DNA from: Octopus bimaculoides
Taxonomy: Eukaryota
NCBI RefSeq assembly: GCF_001194135.2
Contig: NC_068989.1
Location: forward strand, 52,681,548 to 52,721,307
DNA: 39,760 nucleotides
Reading direction: 5' to 3'
In this document: positions 1-9,600 of the stretch, in pieces
How the letters are laid out: each line of letters opens with the position of its first letter
How positions within the stretch are numbered: the stretch's first letter is position 1
The notes under the pieces: generated by a model
What the model was told of the DNA's origin: nothing
Databases searched by the model: none
Seen by the model: only the letters and a program-made list of their open reading frames with translations
Made by a program: the position numbers and the translations under genes

Positions 1-21
1 ATATATATATATAAGCAATGT

Positions 22-67
<46 letters not shown>

Positions 68-323
68 TGTATGTATATATATATATTGCTCCAATTGTTT
101 TCACACGTACTTTTACATTTGTGAAAATATTGACCCTTTTGCTCTCTGTTTATATGTATGTGCATGCATTCTAGTGGATATGACTCATACGAGTGTGTAT
201 GTATATACATATACATGATTATATGTTTGTATATGTGTATACTTTCTTCCTTTAAGAGGGGAAAAAGTTATGTATATCAATATCGACCGTTTTGGCAGTG
301 TTGAAATTACGTTTGTATGTATA

Positions 324-381
<58 letters not shown>

Positions 382-382
382 T
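1..382. repeat. Compound (TA)n/(TATG)n microsatellite tracts
   Basis: Direct reading: (TA)n and (TATG)n at 1-85 and a long (TA)n at about 325-382. Confidence 0.95.
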
Positions 383-976
383 ACAGGAAGTGAGCAAGGA
401 ACGAGACTTGTATCTCGTTTACTTCATGTTAACGAACGAGACCTGTAATGTCGTTGGCTTCCTGTTAAAAAGAGAAAAAGGAAAATCGAACGGGGTGGGA
501 GCTCAGAACGCAGCAACGGCATTGCGTGGATAGTACAAAATACGAGAGAGCTGCATACGGTGGACGTTTGGACAATCGAGGACTGAACATGAAGTTCTTT
601 GGGTATTATACATTTTGTTACATAATTTCATCTTTGAATATTAATTCACTGATTGAACGATTTCTGTTGTTGCGTTCAGAAGTTCACCCCTTTTACACAT
701 ACGAATTTGCCTGATCGTAACAATATACATATGTGCATTTTTTCGGTATGTGTGCGTACCTATGTGTATATTTCATTTTTATCTCACATCTTAATACTTA
801 TCGTTAATGTCATATTTCATCTCACTTTATTTTAGGGTTTTTAACTTCAATTTAAAATATTATTTTCTATTTCTAATCGTTTACATTTAAGTATATATCT
901 AATACACATGCATGGACAAAGAAAAAATGCGCGCGTGCGTGCGTGCGTGCGTGCACATCCCTCCTCCGCACACACA

Positions 977-1081
977 GCTGTGTGGTAAGAAGCTCGGATC
1001 CAAACCACATGGTTCTGGGTGCATTCCCATTGCGTGTCACCTTATTAGTGGAATTGGTAGAAGGAAACCGAAAGACGTCCG

Positions 1082-1120
<39 letters not shown>

Positions 1121-1443
1121 NNNNNNNNNNNNNNNNNNNNNNNNNNNNNNNNNNNNNNNNNNNNNNNNNNNNNNNNNNNNNNNNNNNNNNNNNNNNNNNN
1201 NNNNNNNNNNNNNNNNNNNNNNNNNNNNNNNNNNNNNNNNNNNNNNNNNNNNNNNNNNNNNNNNNNNNNNNNNNNNNNNNNNNNNNNNNNNNNNNNNNNN
1301 NNNNNNNNNNNNNNNNNNNNNNNNNNNNNNNNNNNNNNNNNNNNNNNNNNNNNNNNNNNNNNNNNNNNNNNNNNNNNNNNNNNNNNNNNNNNNNNNNNNN
1401 NNNNNNNNNNNNNNNNNNNNNNNNNNNNNNNNNNNNNNNNNNN

Positions 1444-1506
<63 letters not shown>

Positions 1507-1750
1507 ATGGTTGTATGTATGTATGTATGCATGTATGTATGTATATGTTCGTGTGTGTCCCCGCCATCGTTTGACAACCGATGTTAGTATATTTCTATTC
1601 CTGTAACAGCAGTTTGGCAAGAGGGGGGATAGAATAAGTACTAGGCTTACAAAGAATAAGCTCTGGGGTCGATTTGCTCGACTGAACGCAGTGGTCCTGC
1701 ATAGCTGCAATCAAATGACTGAAAGAAGTAAAATAGCAAAATAATAAAGA
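977..1750 (+). mobile_element. tRNA-derived SINE (family A here) with internal (TA)n..(TG)n microsatellite spanning an assembly gap
   Basis: Head GCTGTGTGGTAAGAAGC...AACCACATGGTTCTGGGT at 977-1084 matches inverted heads at 18705-18862, 19120-19280 and 33045-33178. The 3' module at 1545-1750 (ATAAGTACTAGG...CTGGGGTCGATTTGCTCGACT...GCAATCAAATGACTGAAA) matches the tail at 18318-18380. Joining head and tail into one element across the gap is inference from a recalled consensus. Confidence 0.75.
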
Positions 1751-1817
1751 ATATAGAATATAAAATAAAAAAATTATTTCTAGAAGCAATTAAAAAATTT
1801 TTAGATTAGATAAAATT

Positions 1818-1854
<37 letters not shown>

Positions 1855-1882
1855 ATGTGAAGATATATATGTGTGTGTGTGT

Positions 1883-1926
<44 letters not shown>

Positions 1927-1994
1927 TATCTAAAATATATTCTTTATATTGCGTATAGAAATAATGTTTATTTTTATTTCTAAATTTCTAATTT

Positions 1995-2345
1995 CTAAAA
2001 GCTTCTGTCTGTGTAACTGATAATTCCAAAGTTTGGTGTAAGTCCTTCTTGGATTTTCCAGATGTAAATTACTGCGTACCTTCCCCGCCTTCGTTCTATG
2101 GAGCTACGTCTTAACGTTTCAGTTTCTCCCAGTAGCTGACACGTCACACTGAGATTATCTTCTTTGTGTTGCTTCGTTGGATTTCTTCGAGTTCCGTCGT
2201 TAATCTTGCACTGTTTGTGACTATAGTAGGGAGCAATAATCTAAACGGCTGAGGAAAAATATCCTCCAGACCATCATAGTTTCTTGATCTCTTGTTCTGA
2301 AAGTTAGAAGGATCCGTCCAGTCAACCGTGTGCATTTTATTGCCA
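1995..2345 (-). mobile_element. Decayed CR1-like LINE fragment (C-terminal part of ORF2)
   Basis: Manual minus-strand translation with frameshifts: ILLTFRTRDQETMMVWRI / SRLDYCSLL*S / ARLTTELEEIQRSNTKKIISV*RVSYWEKLKR / SIERRRGRYAVIYIWKIQEGLTPNFGI. This fits the LDYCSxxWSP...LExxQR...LSYxERL...LERRR pattern after the RT domain of CR1-group LINEs. Confidence 0.8.
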
Positions 2346-3573
2346 ATTTAGTAATATGCACGTAGAAAGACACAACATCTCTCATGTCCTTTTATTTATA
2401 CACAAATTTTTGAAGATAAAATCGTAATTACGATTACCGTTCTTATTCGAAAGTAAATAACTAACAGACTTTAGATAAATTTTGTAAACAAATTTAAATG
2501 TTATTACCTGAATCATTTTACATTCTGCCATTCCTAAAACACGTTTAAATCTTATTTAAATCTTGGGATTAATTTAAATTGAATTCTTTAATAAATATTT
2601 ACTACTGAATAAAATCTGTTTGAAATGAAACATTTTATAGACTATAATATCAAGACAAATAATAGCTGTATCTAATGATGGTACAAGCAAGTAAAATTTT
2701 ATTAATAGTTAAAGCAAGTAATGGTTCAATTAAGAGAATATAATACTAAATGTATCTAGTCGAAAATTTATGTTTAAATGCATTTATATATAATAACGTC
2801 TTACGTTGATAACAGCCTTGAATATAATATGCTGGGTAGAATAGTGCCTTTATGTTTGCGAAGAACAAGTTATCAATGAATATTTGAATGACCAAGAGTA
2901 AAACTGCGTAATGTAAGAAAATTCCATTTCATGCTTACAAAGATTTAAAATCAATAAAAAGCTGGTGTCTAAATTGCCACATATTACTAAAAGCAATCTG
3001 GAATATATTAACAGTGGTATTATCATATTTAAATGCTATGCATTCTCATTGAGAATATTTAAGTAAGATTCAGAATAAAATTCAGCTGCTGTAAAATACA
3101 AAACATTTATATGGATGAACAATATCCCTATAGAAATACCATTTATTAAAGGCTATGTGAAACTTAATGTGGTGAATTTAAGGTCATTGATTTGGGAAAA
3201 GATCTAATGAATGATGTCAAGAGGAAACTATAAAGATATCTAATGGAATAAATTTGAAAATATTAATTATGAGAAAAATGCGAATGGCTTGATTTAAAAA
3301 GAAATTTAGAACTTAAATTTTGAATTGATAAAATCTTAAGCATACTGAAATTCCACAAACGGATAAATCATAAAATGCATTTCTTTCTCTTTTATTTTTT
3401 GTTTCTATCTTAGACTGGCGGTCGTTTGAGGCAAGATTCTTGATGTGAAATCGTATACTGAGACATATATCATTGTGGAGATTGCGAATGGCAACGATAG
3501 TAACCTTACGAAATTAGGTGGTAGACTGACTTACTAGCCAATCAAGCTATTGGTAAATGTTTAAATAGTTAAC

Positions 3574-3574
<1 letters not shown>

Positions 3575-3628
<54 letters not shown>

Positions 3629-3784
3629 GAAGAAGAAGAAGAAGAAGAAGAAGAAGAAGAAGAAGAAGAAGAAGAAGAAGAAGAAGAAGAAGAAGAAGAA
3701 GAAGAAGAAGAAGAAGAAGAAGAAGAAGAAGAAGAAGAAGAAGAAGAAGAAGAAGAAGAAGAAGAAGAAGAAGAAGAAGAAGAA
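3575..3784 (+). repeat. Compound trinucleotide repeat (GAT)17(GAA)53
   Basis: Direct reading; counts agree with the poly-M/poly-K ORF at 3576-3854. Confidence 0.97.
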
Positions 3785-5459
3785 ATACGACGTGAAAATC
3801 ATCGTTTGCACGCATAGAAAAGAAATATATCTGGTTATATATGCGAGGAAATAAAAATAAACCTTGAAAATCACAAAACAACGTTAGTTGTTACGAGTAG
3901 AAGTCAGACTGGTAATGCACATGTTTAGAAACTAGAATTTAATATAGTAAAAAAAAATCAACGTTGAAGTATTGGAATTAAATACAAATACACCAAGCAA
4001 AAAATAATAAACGTCAGTTCAAAGGAAATTGCATTATAATGAATGAAGAACTATATAATGAAAGATTATGAAAATTTATAAACATGAACTGAAATAAAGT
4101 AGGAAAACTAATTACAATATGATATTGCACCTATATCTAATATTATGGTTGGTACACAATTAAGCATAACGGAAGACATTGGGGAATGAGAAGTAAATCT
4201 TGTGTATGAAGGTACATAGTCAGTTAAATTTGAAGTTGCTGAATCTCAGTTGTAGAGTGTTGACTACAAGAACATTAGTTTAATGAATTTGAATAAATAG
4301 AAAGTTGGTTTTATTTGAACTTTAAGAAATAAGTTCATATTCAAATGAATATAATGACTTGAGACACGAACTGAATCGAAGTTTAAATGAAATAAAGATA
4401 GAGCGGTATTATAATTAAAATTACATTTTATAACTTGAACTTTTGTCTATAATAATTTTGTAAATGATTGACGTTATAATTACAGAAAACTTATTAAGAA
4501 ACTGGAGAGAAAAATAAAAGGAAAACATGAGATGCTATTAGAATACGGGAAAATTTTCTTTTTCAGAATATGTTTATAAATATTTTAAAAGTAGAAAGTA
4601 TTTAAAGTCCTCAATATCCTATCATTGTAAGATGGGACGAATTATGAGTGTCAATTTATAAATTAAAATCGGGAGAAAAGAATTTCATATGCTAGACTGA
4701 CGTTTCCTTTTTTGCGTATGATTTGAAAAAATACCTTAACATTTTCTTCTCAAACATACGCTAGTTAATGGCTCTTCCACCCTGGTTTATAGGTAATTGT
4801 ATATTTGAGAAGTTTGTTTTGGTTTGGTTTGTCTGTTGGTTTTTGTAAAGAGACGGTGAGTAAACCTAGAGTTTAGTTGATATTTGCGGTGAGTTCTATT
4901 TCAATACCTTTGTAAACATTAATATTGAGCAATGAGTAAAAGAGTAAAGAGAATAAATTACCGAATATAGAAACATATTTTATGGTGTGACCCACTGTTT
5001 AACTGAGGACGTTTTAGAATGAAATTTATTTTTAAAAAACTACCCAGATATTTCCGCCTTACGTCACAAACATTGCAATGTACTAAAGCTCGAAAAAGCT
5101 TGTTTTTCAATCGCACGCAGGTTTACTATCTCGACTCACATTATCCTGGTTATATACTACACACGCTCACATACATACAGTATATATGTGAATGAGATTA
5201 AACCAGTGAAATGTTGGATGTATTAATCTCTAATGCGGACATGACATCCTTCAAATGACTATATATATATATATNNNNNNNNNNNNNNNNNNNNNNNNNN
5301 NNNNNNNNNNNNNNNNNNNNNNNNNNNNNNNNNNNNNNNNNNNNNNNNNNNNNNNNNNNNNNNNNNNNNNNNNNNNNNNNNNNNNNNNNNNNNNNNNNNN
5401 NNNNNNNNNNNNNNNNNNNNNNNNNNNNNNNNNNNNNNNNNNNNNNNNNNNNNNNNNNN

Positions 5460-5493
<34 letters not shown>

Positions 5494-6112
5494 GTATGTA
5501 TGTATGTATGTATGTATATATATAAATATACAAATAATATGTAAGTATATGCATATATACGTACATGTATGTATATACCTACATCTACATGTATATATAG
5601 ATGCATACGTCACAAAAACAGAGCACAGAAAACAAACAGGCCACATAGAGAATATTTCCTTCATCAGCTGCCCCTATTCTAAACTAAGCGTTTCGAAGAG
5701 TTAGGGCAGGACGCATTGCTAGAATGGCTCTTTCCGCGGAAACAAATTAAATTTGTAATGCAGAGGAATATAGTGGCGAACAGAAAACACGACAAGAAAA
5801 CGAAACAGTGAAAATAAACAAGAAGGGCAGACGTAAAAGAAATATCTGTATACTGAACGCTGTGATGTGACGTACTTGAGGGGAAGAGAGAAGAAAGTTC
5901 GTGCTAGCTTGGCAGTAGCCAAGAGAAGAAAGAAAGCAGTAGCCAGTTACATGTGGACTCGAATTTGATGTTTGTTCTCTAATCAATGTTTTTTTTATCT
6001 CTGTCTCAATTTCATTTCAGCACTTCTTTTTGCAGTCCTATAAACCGTTTTGTCTGCATAAAATAAGGCAAAAAATATTTGTCGTACATATATATATACA
6101 TATTGAGGACAT

Positions 6113-6833
6113 CAGCTGAAATGACCTTGGCTTTCGTTGGAGGAGGTATAGGGGTGGTTCTTGGTTTCTAGCTCAAAGTGATGAAGGGAACACTGATCCT
6201 GGCTAAGCAAACGTTCAAGGAAACCAGCTAGGTCTGCCTCCAGCAAAGTCAGATTCTCCTGTGATGTGATCAGACCGGTGCGCTTTTGATCTGTTGTCAG
6301 AAGGCGTGGAACCCACCGCGGAGAAACCTTCGTCATGTCACGATTATTATGCAAAATATTCTCAACTTTCTCTCAAAATATGCTAATAGCATTGGCTATT
6401 TGGTTCATAATCAATTGTCTGCCATCCATCACCATGTGGTGAACACGATTAATTTTCTTCCAGGTGTTGGCAGTCCCAAGAGGTCCACACCTTGGGTCAT
6501 ATTCATGACTCTATCTTACCTTCCTAAATTTGGATGCTCTCTTTTGCATTGTTGATAAAGCTGGAGCGTCATCCCTTAATGTAGCAATCATGTCAGCATG
6601 AATCTCTCTGGGGACTAAAGACTTTTCCGCAGGTACATGATAACACCACGATCACAAATTTGGCGATTTTCAACAGAAGTCACTACTAGTTACTTTTTAA
6701 GTTACTTTTGAACAGTCAAATATTAGTTTACTGGGAAGTAATAAGAAGAGTTCAAATTAAAGCACACACGATTTCACAGTACTAGCCTCACTCCTTCATA
6801 CTCATTCAATGAACTTTTCAGCTCATCTTCGTA
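6113..6833 (-). mobile_element. 3'-truncated mariner transposon (5' TIR plus N-terminal half of transposase, pseudogenised)
   Basis: Minus strand starts TA-CGAAGATGAGCTGAAAAGTTC (TIR-like, 6833 downward). Translation: SPREIHADMIATLRDDAPALSTMQKRASKFRKVR*SHEYDPRCG...RVHHMVMDGRQLIMNQIANAISIF*EKVENILHNNRDMTKVSPRWVPRLLTTDQKR. This gives HTH regions and the mariner WVPxxL motif, then the first catalytic segment (LSQDQCSLHHFE). It stops at PPPTKAKVISA; no second TIR found. Confidence 0.9.
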
Positions 6834-7229
6834 TCACTCGTTCCACGGTTCGAAAAAGATTTCTTTCATTATGTGATTGAACTCCATCTCCAGTAGCCCA
6901 TGGAAGGATCGATGTCAAGACGACTGTCATTTTAACTAAACAGACGTATCTTACCTTCATCTGCTTCTGTTTAATCTGATGTAACAGAAATAGACTCAGC
7001 ACACCATTCCTCAAAATGTTAAATATCCAGTAAATATTTTATTTTGGGAAGTATTTACAAAAGATCTTGTCTAACACGGATTTGAAAAAATGTTAAACAA
7101 AACTAGAAACAAATACAAATGTTAAGGAAACACAACCAAACAACTTTTACATATAGGTATATCTCAGATTATATGTTTAAAGTGACAAAGTACTAAAAAC
7201 ATTATTTAACATATTAAATAAATCTATTG

Positions 7230-7935
7230 GAGATTTGTTCTAGAAAGATTATTCACAAATACATGAATAAAATGGTAAGAGGCCTTATACAGCAAAGAAA
7301 TACTCTTACAAAATATTTACTGTGAGCCTACAAAAATATTCTGCTAAGAATCAAGGAAAATTAATATGAAACATGAACAAAAAAATACTTTCTGTCTACA
7401 AAGAAGCCAAAGAAATACAAAACAGCGGCTACAAAAGCATAGCAACAATGAAAACGAAGAAGCAGTAATCGTGAAATATATAAAATCTGAGCCGTGCTAG
7501 AACCGCAGAATTTAGGGTAAAACGGGGCCAAGAAAGGTGGAGGCTACGTGGTCAATACGGAAAAATGCTGTATAAAATGGAAATAGGCAAGCAAAAATTG
7601 CTATGGTGGCTGAGACGTGCCAGACTCAGATCAGAGAGTGAAACGTTTTTGGTTGCGGGACAGGATCGAAGTCCCGCCATAAAGAAATGGTTAAAAGTGT
7701 TTTATAAAGAAGAATACCATAATTGGAGTATATATCGCGAAGGTTAAAAGAACAGCTGAACATATTTTTCCTGGTCGCTCTACCTTATCCGAGAAAGAAT
7801 GCATCCTCATGTATATGATGTTTAGATTTATATACACCGTTGGGTCATGCCAGCTCTGTGAAATATCTACAAAAAAGTTGGCAAATGCATACCCTCGAGA
7901 AAGTCACCGAGAAACAAATTGTAACTGTGCCCCAC
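7230..7935 (+). mobile_element. Old, decayed R4/Dong-like non-LTR retrotransposon fragment
   Basis: With frameshifts: LERLF...RGLIQ (cf. xERLYxxRxxGGRGL), RLRGQYG...WWLRRARLRSESETFLVAGQD (cf. LHGQY...WL...LKxETEGFxxAAQDQ) and AEHIFPGRSTLSEKE (degenerate zinc-knuckle region). These are recalled motifs downstream of the RT in R4/Dong elements. Confidence 0.7.
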
Positions 7936-7949
7936 CTGCAAGGTGTTTA

Positions 7950-8098
7950 TCTTGATATGGGATCACCATGTCGCGAACATATGTTTGTTATGCATGTGCC
8001 TGGTATACCTTTATCAAACGGGTAGTCATGATGGGTATATTGCGTTTCATATATTCTACCTTAGTGTCAATTTGATGGAACGCAGTGCTCTCTCACTC

Positions 8099-8137
<39 letters not shown>
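7950..8137 (+). mobile_element. Probable 3' UTR of a non-LTR retroelement ending in an (AAT)13 tail
   Basis: Unique sequence ending ...GCAGTGCTCTCTCACTC followed directly by about 13 AAT units (8099-8137). It resembles an octopus repeat end I recall; not verified. Confidence 0.5.
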
Positions 8138-8147
8138 TTTTTTTTTT

Positions 8148-8552
8148 AAGAAAAAAAATGCTTTCTAATTGATGTATCAATACCAGCAGATGACACCGTT
8201 TCTCTAAAAGAAATGAAAAAACTTTCAAAATACAAAGACCTGGAAATAGAGATAACTCGAATGTGGAATCTAAAAACAGAAACAATTCCTATCATAGTAG
8301 GTGCCTTAGGTATAATTAAAAAATATTCAGACAAATACATAACAAAAACACCAGGACTTACAAATATATATAACATACAGAAAATTGCACAACTGGGTAC
8401 TGCACATATTCTACGCAAAACACTTTCAATACAGTAAACATAAGAGCACCACAGCAAACCACAGCACATACCCAAGGCGCACAGAGCTGCGCTCGGTAGT
8501 GAAGTGAAAGCACGTTATAAAAATAAAACTACTGAACAATAATAATAATAAT
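8148..8552 (+). mobile_element. Young 5'-truncated R4/Dong-like retrotransposon: restriction-like endonuclease C-terminus, 3' UTR and (AAT)5 tail
   Basis: Uninterrupted frame 8150-8437: EKKCFLIDVSIPADDTVSLKEMKKLSKYKDLEIEITRMWNLKTETIPIIVGALG...IQKIAQLGTAHILRKTLSIQ*. It carries the DxxxP and KxxKY motifs of the RLE domain (the upstream PD is truncated away). Tail at 8538-8552. Confidence 0.9.
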
Positions 8553-9102
8553 GAGACACTACACTAATTGGAATATTAAGCATGGAGCTATACTAAGGCT
8601 AACTACATGACAACGTACCAAAAACTTATCGTACGCTAAGAACAGCTTCCGTGTCTTGAGCAATATATTTTCAATTCAATACAATATTTCACGGTTCAAT
8701 AGAGTAACTGAAACATTTCTCACGCAACATAGACCTTACACACTACGCACCTATTCGCATTACATATTCTATAGAAGGACCATATTCTATAGGTTAATAA
8801 ATATATTCTATAGAAGGTTAATAAACTAGCATAAACCATGTTACATACAACACGCGCAACAGAACAAACACTAATGAAAATAAGAACTAAGACATTAAAC
8901 ACCATAAAAAAAAACTGATGTAGTAAACATACAGAACCAATCTCCTCCAATCCTCACACAATATGGATAAGAATACGATGCTGCACAAACCACAGGAAAA
9001 AGGTGATGCACTCCGTGGTAGTGTAGAAACTATGTAATACGGAGAGTAACAAACACCATGCAAAAGATTTCCTACAAGTTTTTTTTATACTTCAAAACTT
9101 GT

Positions 9103-9291
9103 ATGATGACCGCGACATGTCTATTCATTTCTAACCCGTTCCCTCGTTTTTACTCGCCGAATTATATGATGACCGCATCGTGTCCACTCATTGTTAACCT
9201 ATTCCCTCGATTTCGCCAGTCGAATTGTACGATGTCCTCGACGTGTCAAAACATTTGTGATCTGTTTCCTCGTTTTTTTCCCTACCATATG
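9103..9291 (+). repeat. Degenerate 63-bp tandem repeat, 3 units
   Basis: Units start at 9103, 9166 and 9229. Manual count: unit1/unit2 47/63 identical, unit1/unit3 40/63, with no indels. Confidence 0.9.
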
Positions 9292-9459
9292 AAGTTTCTA
9301 GTTGAATAAATACTTTTTCGTTTGCATGAAACATCTGATTCTCTATTGTTACTTGAAATTCCATTAGAGAACTGGGGATACAACGTTCCGGGACTGTGCC
9401 CTCCTTCAAGTTCATTATATATCCATAGACACACTCACATACACACTCGCACGCATACA

Positions 9460-9600
9460 GACACACACATGCACACACGCACACACATACATACATACAT
9501 ACATACGTACGTACGTACGTACGTTCGTACATATATAGATACAAACATATATACGTATATAGATACAAACATATATACGTATATAGATACAAACATATAT
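9460..9600. repeat. (CA)n/(CATA)n/(ACGT)n microsatellites followed by a 24-bp minisatellite x3
   Basis: ATATAGATACAAACATATATACGT repeated about 2.8 times at 9533-9600; (ACGT)5 at about 9505-9524. Confidence 0.92.

Noticed and set aside
3561-3881. Poly-M/K, poly-L/H, poly-F/I ORFs and a possible acidic D17E53 terminal exon
   Set aside because: All are translations of the (GAT)(GAA) tract. The only nearby acceptor (about 3568) lacks a pyrimidine tract and the flanking codons show no protein-like signal.
2350-4700. Long A-rich plus-strand tract suggestive of an ancient L1/Tx1-like LINE
   Set aside because: Only compositional skew; I could not recover a convincing endonuclease or RT motif by manual translation.
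4790-4912. Clustered donor-like sites (AG|GTAATT, CG|GTGAGT twice) suggesting a 3-5-nt microexon
   Set aside because: The acceptor is ambiguous, and such motifs are expected by chance without transcript evidence.
9103-9291. FPRF repeats read as an FMRFamide-like neuropeptide precursor
   Set aside because: No Gly amidation donor, no flanking dibasic cleavage sites and no signal peptide.
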